NCBI GenBank assembly: GCA_047639455.1
Contig: JBLINS010000003.1
Coordinates: 3 to 64,002 of the forward strand
Reading direction: 5' to 3'
Length of the DNA: 64,000 nucleotides
Origin: Candidatus Omnitrophota bacterium
GTDB taxonomy: Bacteria; Omnitrophota; Gorgyraeia; 2-02-FULL-51-18; JAGOUK01
Shown: piece after piece, positions 29,801-36,721 of the stretch
Layout: each line of letters starts with the position of its first letter
How positions within the stretch are numbered: position 1 is the first letter of the stretch
Notes under the pieces: model-generated
Told to the model about the DNA's origin: nothing
The model's database searches: none
What the model saw: the letters and a program-made list of their open reading frames with translations, nothing else
Made by a program: the position numbers and the translations under genes

Positions 29801-32635
29801 GGAGGTGAGGGTGTATCCTTAGGTCTTTTTAATGCTCCTGGAATTAATATAGGCGGTGAAGACGCAACAGGTCTTGCTATGAGTTCAATGGTAATGAGCC
29901 TTGAACAATTTATGCCATTTTTTAAAGATTTGCATGCGTTTTTGAAGGCAGCGCCAGATGGCCATAGACGGTTTGTCCTAAGACTAAACGTCTATTTATC
30001 AAAAGATGGTCAGAGCGAAATGAGGCCTGGCGATGAAAACGTCCAGATGATACGAAAATACATTGCAGAGGGGTATCCAGATCTTGTATTCAGGTCAACA
30101 GACGGAACGTTTTTTGAAATCTCTTATAAATCTACCGAGGTAGAAGCTACTCCCAAAACTGCGCCATTCACCCTTGAGAGTACAAGAAGGATATTTGGTG
30201 ATCTTGCAGCCAATCCATTATTGACGGAATATTTTAATTCTTTAGGTCAGACTTTGGAGAATATTTCTGTTTTTGAAGACAAAAGCTCTGGAGCTAAGCG
30301 GGGATTCATTCCTTTTAATTTAGATGAGCATGGGCGTCAGTTTTTCTTTGATTATTTGAAACCCGAAATCCGCCAAATCTTGAAGAAAACTGGAAGAAGA
30401 CCAGATTTATTGAATGGTCCCGAGGACGATCTTAAGGTGAATTCCATCACTGCTACGTCCTATATCCTCACGAGTAAAAGCGGTGACAGAAATATTCCTT
30501 ATGCCATATTGATTTATACAGCCATGGGCCCTATATATCTAGATTTGCTCGAACTCCACAATTCTCAAAAGACAAATCCAGAGACAATTAAAAAACAACA
30601 TAAATCCGTGCACGTTTGGGTCCAAAAATTTGTTGCCAGCGAACACCCAATTGAATCATTGAAGAGATGGAAAACAGTACACAGTCACCTCGTATTAACT
30701 CAATTCACGCGCGTGCCAGAGAATCCGCGTACTGGTTCTTATGAGGATGGAACTGGATCAACAGATTTTCAAAATCCTTGGTATAAAGCCACATATGCTT
30801 TGGATGTATTTCCGGAAGAGAATCGTGACCCTAAAAAATACTTAACTCTATTTGCATTAGAGAGGTATGGACAGGATGGCGAAGTTATGGATGTGACTTT
30901 CACTCCCGACCATCCTTTTAGCGTGGATTGGCAGGATCGTATTGCGCGTTTAATGGAAGCGGATGCCCAAATTGATGGGTTTGTGAAGAATGTTGATGGA
31001 GATATTGAGCAGGGGCGCATGTATGCTGATAGTGCTATCGGCCTTGGGGGTATAGGTAGTGGTGTTGACGCCCTACTCTTGGCGCGTTATGGGGTTAAGT
31101 TGATTCGTGGCACAGATATTTATGAAGCACCCGTAATTTTGTCGAGGCTAAATGCGGTATTTGCCAAAATTTCTGACCAGATTCACCCAGACACTGAGTT
31201 TGTATTTGAGAAAAAAAGCGGATTGCCTTCAATCACATCTGATTTGTCACACTTTATGATGAACACACCAGGGGTTGTGATGGATGATGATCCACACTTT
31301 AAGGGCGTCTTGGCCGAAACAAATATGTCTTTTTCTTCTTTCACTATTCCGTGGTCTGCATTCACTGCATTATTCACAGATACTAATGGAATTGATGATT
31401 TTTTGAGAGTCTCTGAAGAAACCAACTTTAGAACGGTGCTTTTGAGAATGTTTATAAGCCTTAAAGAAGGTGAGTTAAAAGAGGATCTTAATTCAGACTC
31501 GAGTTTGGTTATTGACGATTTTTTAAATAGGTATGACGATTTTGATTTTGATGAATTGGGAGACCATTTTTTCTTGCTTAGCAAAGCGAGAATGGCTGGG
31601 GTGTCCGAAAAACTATTGACTGCTGGGGCTGTTTCTCAGGGTTCTAGGGTTTTTGAATTGAAGCCTATTCAGAATGAGCTTGAGCAAGGCGTGGATGAGG
31701 AAGAAGTGGTTACTTTTGTGGCGCATGTGATTTCGGAGCAAAGTCGTGCGGGAGATTTGGTGGTAGGGGATACGCTTTTGCATATTTTGCAGGATGCTGA
31801 AGGACAGTATTGGTTGGAGGGTTTTGGCGGAGAAGCGCGTTTAATTGACTCTAAGGCTATAGTCTTGAATGATCGCGGGGACAAGGCTCAAGTTAGCATG
31901 TCTATGTCGGACTATCAGATGTTATTCGAGCAAGCAGAAAGAAGTATGGAGCCATTCTTTAAAGGTATTCCTGAAAGCATAACTGCTATCAAGGTGGTCG
32001 AAGCCTTTGATCTTAATATTCTTCCAAGCGATAACTTTGGCACGAATATAGCCTATCAAATAAAGCGCTATATCAAAGAACGTAGGAGTGATTCGAACTT
32101 TGTGGTTTTGTTCCATGGAGATTTATGGAGGATGGACCACGCTATGGCGGAGGTTAGAGATTTACCAGAACGGGATCAAAATTTATTTGTGCAAGACTTA
32201 GCGGATTTGCCCGTGGAATACTTGGAAGACAGCGATGATGTCAGAGTGGTTTCCATCGACGGATTTGATGTTGATGCGAATAGAGTTATCACGCCCAAAA
32301 TACCAGCTGTCGGTCAAACACCTACGCGACATTTTGTAACGCGAGTTTTGAACAAGGGTGAATTAATGCATCCAGCGGCACATAGAGTTGCCAGACTAGA
32401 GGCCCGACTACCTATATTAGGCCCTGACTCTGAAGCTTTATTCGAGAGATTCATTAATGCCTACGAAACTCTTCTAGGCCGTAAGATAGAAAATATAGAA
32501 GAATTCACTTTAGTTTTAGCAGGTTTGGTAGAAATACCCAATTTAAGCACCTATGTTCTCCCAGCATTCTTACGTATAGACAAAATCCTACAAGCCCTCC
32601 GCATGGCCAAACGTATGGCCGAACAATCCGCTTAA
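20804..32635 (+). CDS. giant multidomain protein (3943 aa): signal-like N-terminus, TraB/Tiki/ChaN-like domain, Ser/Thr kinase, HATPase-like, PLP (threonine dehydratase-like), second kinase-like, PRTase-like, degenerate HATPase, two class I SAM methyltransferases, C-terminal domain
   Basis: Uninterrupted 11.8-kb ORF; motifs IQDAH/TGGYH, HRDLKP/IDWG, DVLSNA/GKGVGLA, GSFKRR/PLGGGG/EPTSAA/LSGSN, VMEYIEG/HGEP..KNI, FIDDAAYSG, AGSGSGVD and GIGSGVD. Confidence 0.9.
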   Translation: MINKNPIIKRTTQKKFLRGMAQTLILCLFIQEFAYAAPELLKKDIGSWVSVASQKQKSLKWAKKILPKIPGSVASIDDAWKSSVSVKERDDMTLKSKIATSLLRASRNDRVVILIQDAHTNASAQTNESKLFDILFQSNIIDTVYTEAAKGNVNLTFLRDKASLYKRKQIAKAYLQKGILHGIEYLDLTSEHNFKVEGVEDPSLYYESIDVYRHSLKKRDKYKAYLGKIESTINVLKPKLLNPYLLEFLESYTQVQKEEISFSNYIDILFAQAQLLNLNLKDQPNLQKLKKLKAMEDKIDFETVSLEQQQAIQSLSPEDQEELGDLSLSKLTLKDSQRGFFALLTEKLAKVEGGLSNYPNLAKYLRYLEQSKDLGLADTLNEQKLLEEKIFETLSANDDEAKLLLALKVLQFYKKLFSLSLTPEEYEAFKNENFANLKVLTGFLNQKLMTLKKHYNKALFLKEDFSDMATLSKRFYELTYARDQKFLENMNILTARETGDLKSPSLRSEWATNKEPMLRTGRVSEALSRKRRGNLSSRNSNISALITGGYHTPNLKHLLKQNNISYISITPQVTHETNTQRYEQILLNQPINNLVLPAMNTATTKHAMNPYLAPNAEVPSVFTNRFLSELGVDGRTVSQVRMAKPSESVFGDYDFPSPLIGVMSVGSRLYLGATKDGAEQHFVKLPANKNFAEVIAREAQLIRVLKSDERISPLIPDVIQSGTATEDDVDSLSNLFEGEPYIILKKADGISVINHIESMRDSDKPVEAIEVLAQIAEALATLHNVTDQWKAVYHRDLKPSDIFINKKGSAWSVQFIDWGLSTIEGQKLGKTIQDFSENALSDVDMGDSGRRLDYAGTDSYSGKILDKPLLRDLRAFVAIVRDYAYILGDNKAGYLLDDLLKRRASYPTAQSYANVLQQFLIENKDSTTSTSSMASKPDSPIDDTQASNLDSNAVRMADSEPVYINLAWAWSMVKTFLNKYKPDYASRLDAPRSIPFDIDLILSPESRQLIPPSNMDEEILVILIKDVLSNAFVEPDDGRVRVSFEQNEDKTLVTLKIENQNPIDYDQLMSRAKEALDNKQLYINDLSPHRLEVILPTDRSEYSAEEWQNLQLVDSEEKFLKVLGELGGKERLPFIIGLSRGKEMDPVLGGGKGVGLAMIHDVTSVLGSVFNLESNADIGTRVSISFATRPPSSARMVRRTAAVTRIEKSKEILEKVERTHTQTGLVRWVKKLEQLQGSGIERGVKDVFKYGKGDEGAKLESAKRLVRLFHVTWRADGSPEGVLPEVNARGDGRVRNALLRKYSAERIEKGIKNVREELLEPSGEREAPVVNLSKKIKVLKDFKKDSGIDIDLIASIEYKTHTGRPTLTGSFKRRQFINFFLENIEKFQLKNPKRIKQVFINSSGNAIQGLLFTVKVLKETGLLPKDFTVVMVAHDNLDPTKKKKIEKKYPGDFEEILFIGDFIEQAKELGDVLPADKTDKELHKELEDINALLRYIDLYVASYNKKNPKAPIAHVLPSNGESMALGGASIARNLRDGAKKLGLGEIDTIIEPLGGGGPIAGAGIEAYWYKEEHDHDTKVVGVTSNITVSALADGMAIQAPQSEAMAAQRALGSEAVAFERVPEKFFYKAWVDLQDAGYDAEPTSAASLAYIYWIMSDPSKWHLLKHEDPKKKKVIAFMLSGSNYSKSTLKHARKIYKTENMSGYAYIKAQAPEKQKTKGVRMTIPADAEILKVFSDSRAEVLDRLVNDEVEGLILDIEGNQYLVDSSLGRENFAAWVIVDGAVQEQKVVLKFTKTPGEAVSTKAYHEFRQQLPPDQVNESLDIFVDVLDIFVDVLDVYDEGIDIVVMEYIEGTMLNEIDDTQKQLEHLSSAWKVLHVNHQEYGLFHGEPVAKNIIVTPSGDERLIDLDDIIVLGAQPDIEKFDISNKYADIYYAGQAILELFEIHLLGDESALKDAVTEVNKPFDPDVAKFDVTVDVARSKAPQGIIDIVQRTLPVKGNNAYRSIKQIYTDLDALIMTPNWDKDPNVATTFSLGAKVVHEDQAWREGAVDAIEGATVWVDFGNERNGYGNNGAGLSHVDVSESLPGSTTRMAVQKPIVDMRPDADRVKALIEAQGTPLLQRLMAFLMRHMTYITQAVFEEKLELSVEQFNNNNEREFAVAIIDNVSPDDTSGVMKSNGWTYQIARGMGLRAPKEEISATKASLHTHTTDWLKKPENRAVNDVLFIDDAAYSGRQIEDWLDKVAFALSTEEEFVQRTITIHLAIPFMTNNAKDKLENLAQKFNDHVQRQVLEIQFYDQVIMKNLDEILLAAEEDVREEFGRIFSSDFKKPLTYFEHIRPDYYSTPYPISKGQFSLMEGLVFDAAGEVTHTIPIMPPISKKPYDRDYLTWIQKNILGGEWDSRVDKASEIALKFDDALSEAEQFEERKAGVRDQIIQRALALLEDESLDPGLKDNQFKGEAENAVTPASVVRRSLGEAYQNATYRSVKGSQDEVRVSASILDDVVEIKVSNPGVLRTKGGSENNEEPNDQARFQQLINFGSLITFDAATAFMARLISDDANQSQLGMSILAHMMTILYPADLYPDASYRPNQLIRLEPSGDRTEFILKLPLQPLRDRQARILDSEEHARMSENEALDELLPAAQKTKLKSELDPNSDLPGDDNLPGLRMSALAPKDMSVEKFKELFAPVDTSRTFTTLYNGIGSFDAETVLTPDGDKDAYLEFELKDSGKKFFGQLLASEMLQNDVDGLITDTLRDSPERIMEGRAKILAHKQGDYYYPYGILFFMKGSPPTLLTTVDFFTPSKMASDRYEVMHTAAKSWVDTHIARNNYIKLDGNKLYGTFDFSRRVQVLDKAKVKVQMIEGHRIESNMPWRDYLDKEISEDDRNSSQHLTLLALTRTMPGGNSFPVMMAPDDDFSVDWQELVGEYLERNSIAGQEVSLAGSGSGVDVVQLFKAGAKTVHATDLFDANVLMTEVNVQFAKDLGWIDKSATLYATKQNGIAGGEGVSLGLFNAPGINIGGEDATGLAMSSMVMSLEQFMPFFKDLHAFLKAAPDGHRRFVLRLNVYLSKDGQSEMRPGDENVQMIRKYIAEGYPDLVFRSTDGTFFEISYKSTEVEATPKTAPFTLESTRRIFGDLAANPLLTEYFNSLGQTLENISVFEDKSSGAKRGFIPFNLDEHGRQFFFDYLKPEIRQILKKTGRRPDLLNGPEDDLKVNSITATSYILTSKSGDRNIPYAILIYTAMGPIYLDLLELHNSQKTNPETIKKQHKSVHVWVQKFVASEHPIESLKRWKTVHSHLVLTQFTRVPENPRTGSYEDGTGSTDFQNPWYKATYALDVFPEENRDPKKYLTLFALERYGQDGEVMDVTFTPDHPFSVDWQDRIARLMEADAQIDGFVKNVDGDIEQGRMYADSAIGLGGIGSGVDALLLARYGVKLIRGTDIYEAPVILSRLNAVFAKISDQIHPDTEFVFEKKSGLPSITSDLSHFMMNTPGVVMDDDPHFKGVLAETNMSFSSFTIPWSAFTALFTDTNGIDDFLRVSEETNFRTVLLRMFISLKEGELKEDLNSDSSLVIDDFLNRYDDFDFDELGDHFFLLSKARMAGVSEKLLTAGAVSQGSRVFELKPIQNELEQGVDEEEVVTFVAHVISEQSRAGDLVVGDTLLHILQDAEGQYWLEGFGGEARLIDSKAIVLNDRGDKAQVSMSMSDYQMLFEQAERSMEPFFKGIPESITAIKVVEAFDLNILPSDNFGTNIAYQIKRYIKERRSDSNFVVLFHGDLWRMDHAMAEVRDLPERDQNLFVQDLADLPVEYLEDSDDVRVVSIDGFDVDANRVITPKIPAVGQTPTRHFVTRVLNKGELMHPAAHRVARLEARLPILGPDSEALFERFINAYETLLGRKIENIEEFTLVLAGLVEIPNLSTYVLPAFLRIDKILQALRMAKRMAEQSA
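21052..21130. repeat. REP-like element embedded in frame in the giant gene
   Basis: AGATTGCCACGTCGCTGCTTCGTGCTTCTCGCAATGAC (21093-21130) matches the right half of the intergenic elements. Confidence 0.8.
22314..22420. repeat. REP-like element with the intron-target module, embedded in frame in the giant gene
   Basis: CGTCCTTGCGA...GCGACGTGGCAATCT; internal 22330-22383 is the reverse complement of the joined intron exons. Confidence 0.8.
26263..26311 (+). repeat. 21-bp tandem duplication in the second kinase-like cassette
   Basis: TTGGATATATTTGTGGATGTT x2 plus partial copy; LDIFVDV-LDIFVDV-LDVY. Confidence 0.9.
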
Positions 32636-33080
32636 GTTCACGTTAACCCTGTCATCATAAGCCCGCTTTTTGGCTGCAATCCTGCCTGTCGGCAGACAGG
32701 GATCCTCCGGTCAAAGTATTTGCTGGAGAGTGCCGAGTTTTGTGTGTCCAAAGCACCATTCTTAAGCTTACTTAGTCATCCTGAAGCTCTGCGGAGCAAG
32801 AGCTGTAAGGATCTCCCAGAATGCTTTTAAACTCAATAAAAGAAACCTACTACAAGTTTTTTGCTGTCAGATTCTTACGCCATCTGCTACGCGATGGCTC
32901 AGAATGACCTTGTTAAAGCAATTTATTCCAGACACACAGAATTGTACATTCTCCTTTGCTGTGAGATCGTCGCACTGTGGTGACGGTGCGAGCTTCATAG
33001 CGAGACACCTAATGCCGGTGAAATTAGAATGAAACCGGCCTGCGCGCAGTTCACGATGACGTGGGTAGGGATTATTACAT
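32631..33080. repeat. composite nested repeat: REP containing a 20-bp palindrome, a MITE (itself containing a REP) and the 62-bp module
   Basis: Outer ends match the simple copy at 34209-34340. Confidence 0.75.
32726..32953. mobile_element. MITE-like element with IS256-like terminal inverted repeats
   Basis: GAGAGTGCCGAGTTTTGTGTGTC...GACACACAGAATTGTACATTCTC, flanked by near-identical 8-mers ATTTGCTG/CTTTGCTG; absent from the sister copy at 34261-34290. Confidence 0.6.
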
Positions 33081-33101
33081 TACTTGCTTCGTTTAGAAAA
33101 C

Positions 33102-33152
33102 TTGATATTGTTGTATATTTTGACTATAATTGTTGTATAAAGGTACAACAAT
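33102..33152 (+). promoter_or_regulatory. sigma70 promoter TTGATA-17-TATAAT with overlapping operator(s)
   Basis: -35 at 33102, -10 at 33125; inverted repeat ATTGTTGTA-N6-TACAACAAT at 33129-33152; second ATTGTTGTATA at 33107. Confidence 0.75.
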
Positions 33153-34023
33153 GAATATATGGCAATTTAAACCTCATACGACCAAGGGTCGGGTCCTACT
33201 ACTTTTTTTTAATAAGCCTGCCAAACGCTATTATTTGAGAGAAATAGCGGGGCTTCTTGATATTGATCCCGCTAATCTTTCACGTGATTTAGACACTTTT
33301 GTCAAAGAGGGGCTATTGACCGTAGTACCTGAAGGCAAGCAAAAGTTTTTTGCGCTTAATAAAGAATACGCTTTTTATGATGAATTAAAATCCATTGCCT
33401 ACAAAACCGCACTAGCCGCCAGTAATCGGATTTCTCAATCTAAAAAGACCAATGCGGTTTACGTTATTGCTGGGCCTAATGGAGCTGGCAAAACCACCTT
33501 TGCCAAAACATTTTTGCCTGATCAGCTCAATTGCCACACTTTTATCAATGCGGATCTCATTGCTGCTGGAATAGCCCCTTTGGCACCCGATGCAGCTAAT
33601 TTAAGAGCTGGTCGCCTTCTCTTGGAAGAAATCAAAAGAACAGCCCAAAAAAAAATAGATTTTGCTTTTGAAACTACGCTCTCAGGTAAGAGCTATACAA
33701 GACTCTTTAAAGAGCTTAGTGATCAGGGTTATGCCATCCACTTATTTTTCTTGTGGCTTCCCAATGTGCAATTATCTATAAGAAGAGTGGCTCAAAGAGT
33801 GAAGAGGGGTGGCCACCATATTCCAACTAATGTAATTCGCCGAAGATTCAATCGGGGTATTCATAACCTATTCCACGTTTATCAAGATTATTTAGAAAGT
33901 TGGACTATTTTTGACAATTCCAGTAGTCGCTTTGAAGTTATAGCTAATACAGATGAGTCTAAAGAGATCCAAATTAGCAATCAAGCAGCTTATTCCAAAA
34001 TACTCAAAATAAGGCCTAATTAA
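33151..34023 (+). CDS. winged-HTH fused to zeta-toxin-like P-loop ATPase/kinase
   Basis: YYLREIAGLL...LSRDL wHTH; IAGPNGAGKTT, NADLIA, FETTLSG, RVKRGGH.IP, FDNS. Confidence 0.85.
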   Translation: MNIWQFKPHTTKGRVLLLFFNKPAKRYYLREIAGLLDIDPANLSRDLDTFVKEGLLTVVPEGKQKFFALNKEYAFYDELKSIAYKTALAASNRISQSKKTNAVYVIAGPNGAGKTTFAKTFLPDQLNCHTFINADLIAAGIAPLAPDAANLRAGRLLLEEIKRTAQKKIDFAFETTLSGKSYTRLFKELSDQGYAIHLFFLWLPNVQLSIRRVAQRVKRGGHHIPTNVIRRRFNRGIHNLFHVYQDYLESWTIFDNSSSRFEVIANTDESKEIQISNQAAYSKILKIRPN

Positions 34024-34024
34024 T

Positions 34025-34186
34025 ATGAAAAAGAAACAGAAGACCACCTTGTTGGAAAAAGCCAAAATTGCTATGAAGAAAGCCGTTCGCGAAGCTCTCA
34101 AAGACCATGCTAAACATAATGATGATGTTTATATCTTTAGAGATGGCAAGGTCCAAAAAATAGCCGCCAAAAAACTCCTCGATTAA
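34025..34186 (+). CDS. small basic 53-aa protein, putative partner/antitoxin (not in ORF track)
   Basis: MKKKQKTTLLEKAKIAMKKAVREALKDHAKHNDDVYIFRDGKVQKIAAKKLLD; starts 1 nt after the upstream stop. Confidence 0.7.
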   Translation: MKKKQKTTLLEKAKIAMKKAVREALKDHAKHNDDVYIFRDGKVQKIAAKKLLD

Positions 34187-34208
34187 TCCCGCATGGTCGA
34201 ACAGTCTG

Positions 34209-34340
34209 CTTAAGCTCACGTTAATCCTGTCATCATGAGCCCGCTTTTTTGGGCGTAATGATCTCCCAGTCAAAGCCTTTTGCTGGGAGATTGTCACGCC
34301 TGCTACGCGGCTCACAATGACGTGAGTGGGGATTCTCACG
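34209..34340. repeat. REP-like element, simple sister of 32631-33080
   Basis: CTTAAGCTCACGTTAATCCTGTCATCATGAGCCCGC...GCTCACAATGACGTGAGTGGGGATT. Confidence 0.8.
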
Positions 34341-34390
34341 GCATGTTATTGAGGGGTAGCCTCTCTGCAATGATGGCACAATTACGTTGA

Positions 34391-34419
34391 TTGACGAAAC
34401 AAGGGGGATGCTCTAAACT
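34391..34419 (+). promoter_or_regulatory. putative tkt promoter TTGACG-17-TAAACT
   Basis: Near consensus with 17-nt spacing. Confidence 0.55.
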
Positions 34420-34473
34420 ATGGTCTCTTTCGGGAATATATAGTAGATAATCGAGTAATTATAGGGAAATAGC

Positions 34474-36489
34474 GTGACTAAAACAGCGACAGATATAGAC
34501 ATTCAAAGCATTAATACCATCCGTTGTCTCGCCGCTGATGCGGTTCAACAGGCCAATTCAGGTCATCCAGGTGCCCCTATGGGCATGGCCCCTATGGCCT
34601 ATGTCTTATGGACACGATTTTTGAAGCATAATCCTTCTAATCCTCAATGGGTGAATCGCGATCGCTTTGTGCTTTCAGCTGGACATGCTTCGGCACTTAT
34701 TTATTGCCTGCTTCATTTAAGCGGTTATAAGGTTTCCTTAGATGATATTAAACAATTTAGGCAATGGGGTAGCTTGACTCCAGGCCATCCTGAGTATGGC
34801 GTAACCCCAGGTGTTGAAACAACAACAGGACCTTTAGGCCAGGGTTTTTCTAATTCTGTGGGCATGGCTATAGCTGAAAGATATTTATCTGATTATTTTA
34901 ATCAAAAAGACACGCAACCTTTGGATCACTATACATACGCAATTGTATCCGATGGTGATTTGATGGAAGGTATTAGTTATGAAGCGGCATCTATGGCGGG
35001 CCATCAAAAATTAGGCAAATTAATTTGTCTATATGATGACAATAATATCACCATTGATGGCGAATTGAGTTTGTCTTTTAGCGAAGATGTGACAATGCGA
35101 TTCAAGGCTTTGGGTTGGCATGTACAATCAATAGAAGATGGTAATACGGACTTAGATGGCATAGAAGCGGCTATACGCGCGGCTCAAGATGTTAAGGACC
35201 AACCTTCCATTATTAGAGTTAAGACAACTATTGGTTTTGGCTCGCCGAATAAGTCCAATGATTCAGCAAGTCATGGAGCACCGCTTGGCGCTGATGAAGT
35301 TGCTGCGTCCAAAAAATCATTAGAGTGTGAAGACAAAGACTTTTATATACCCGCTGAAGTATTAGCACAGTTTAGAAAAGCCATTGATCAAGGTCAAGCA
35401 TATGAAGCTGATTGGAAGACTGTGTGGAGTGACTATGAATCCAAATATGCTGACAAGGCTAAGGAGTGGCAATTATTTTTTAAACGTGAATTACCAGAGA
35501 ATTTGAGTCAGGCATTACCTCAATTCAAACCTGAAGACGGCGCTATTGCGACACGATCAGCTTCCGGAAAAGCATTGAATGCTTTGTCGGCGGTATTACC
35601 TAATTTGGTTTCTGGTTGTGCCGACTTAGCAGGCTCAGTTAACACTTTGATTAAAGATGGCGGTTATATGACGCCAACTAATCCTTTGGGTCGCAATATT
35701 GCCTATGGAATTAGAGAGCATGCTATGGGTGCAATACTGAATGGTATGGCTTTACATGGTGGCATGATGGTATGTGGTGGAACATTCTTAATCTTTTCTG
35801 ATTATATGAAAGCTTCTATTCGTTTAGCCGCTTTAATGAAATTGCCGGTAGTTTATTTATTCTCCCATGATTCTATAGGCGTTGGTGAAGATGGACCTAC
35901 ACATCAACCTATTGAGCAATTAGCTGGCTTACGCGCCATCCCTAATTTGAATGTGATTCGTCCTTGCGATGCTAATGAAACATCAAGTGCTTGGAGAGAA
36001 GCTATTAATCGCAAGACTGGTCCGACTGCTTTGATTTTGAGCCGCCAAAAATTGCCAACCTTAAAGTTATCTGTGCAAGGTCTAACCCAAGGCGTGACAC
36101 AAGGTGCACAAATTGTGCATCATGAAGAGCGCTCTGGCACACCTGACTTGATTCTTATGGCCTCTGGATCTGAAGTGTCTCTTTGTGTGGAGGCGGCAAA
36201 AATACTGGAAGTCAAAAAATTAAGTGTACGCGTGGTGAGTATGTCTTGCTGGGAAATATTCAGAACACAAACAGCTAAATATCAACAAATGATATTGGAC
36301 CCCAATTGCAAAAAACGCTTTGCTGTTGAAGCCGCAGCCACTCAAGGTTGGCATGAATTTGTGGGACAAGAAGGCGGGGTGCATGGCATGACTCGCTTTG
36401 GCGCTTCGGCCCCAGGCGACGTTTTGGCTAAAGAATTTGGTTTTACACCCGAAAATATTGCCGATAAGGCCATGCAACTACTAGTTTAA
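34474..36489 (+). CDS. tkt: transketolase
   Basis: [42 protein letters not shown]. Confidence 0.97.
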   Translation: MTKTATDIDIQSINTIRCLAADAVQQANSGHPGAPMGMAPMAYVLWTRFLKHNPSNPQWVNRDRFVLSAGHASALIYCLLHLSGYKVSLDDIKQFRQWGSLTPGHPEYGVTPGVETTTGPLGQGFSNSVGMAIAERYLSDYFNQKDTQPLDHYTYAIVSDGDLMEGISYEAASMAGHQKLGKLICLYDDNNITIDGELSLSFSEDVTMRFKALGWHVQSIEDGNTDLDGIEAAIRAAQDVKDQPSIIRVKTTIGFGSPNKSNDSASHGAPLGADEVAASKKSLECEDKDFYIPAEVLAQFRKAIDQGQAYEADWKTVWSDYESKYADKAKEWQLFFKRELPENLSQALPQFKPEDGAIATRSASGKALNALSAVLPNLVSGCADLAGSVNTLIKDGGYMTPTNPLGRNIAYGIREHAMGAILNGMALHGGMMVCGGTFLIFSDYMKASIRLAALMKLPVVYLFSHDSIGVGEDGPTHQPIEQLAGLRAIPNLNVIRPCDANETSSAWREAINRKTGPTALILSRQKLPTLKLSVQGLTQGVTQGAQIVHHEERSGTPDLILMASGSEVSLCVEAAKILEVKKLSVRVVSMSCWEIFRTQTAKYQQMILDPNCKKRFAVEAAATQGWHEFVGQEGGVHGMTRFGASAPGDVLAKEFGFTPENIADKAMQLLV

Positions 36490-36490
36490 T

Positions 36491-36685
36491 TGTCATTGCG
36501 GATTGCGTTGAGACAGGTACTCCGTCATTGCGAGGAGGAACGACGTGGCAATCTAGAGATATTGTTAGCTCTGGATAGGTAAGTTTATTAGTTTTAGATT
36601 GCCGCAGCCAAAAAAGGCCTCGCAATGACGAATGTTAAAAGTTGAGATTGCCACTTCGCTTGCTTCGCGCTCATCGCAATGACGC
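36491..36685. repeat. composite REP-like element
   Basis: Multiple GTCATTGCG / GGCAATCT / AGATTGCC / CGCAATGAC units. Confidence 0.8.
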
Positions 36686-36721
36686 GGTGTGAAGAATATT
36701 AAAAAAATAGAGGTTAAAAAT

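Noticed and set aside
31014-32135. GRMY, LRMF and WRMD as additional cassette junctions
   Set aside because: They lie inside apparent domains and lack the small residue after Met; treated as background RM occurrences.
34016-34339. Short ORFs in or across repeats (also 36443-36625, 53417-53668, 59993-60265)
   Set aside because: They are translations of REP sequence or antisense to better-supported genes.
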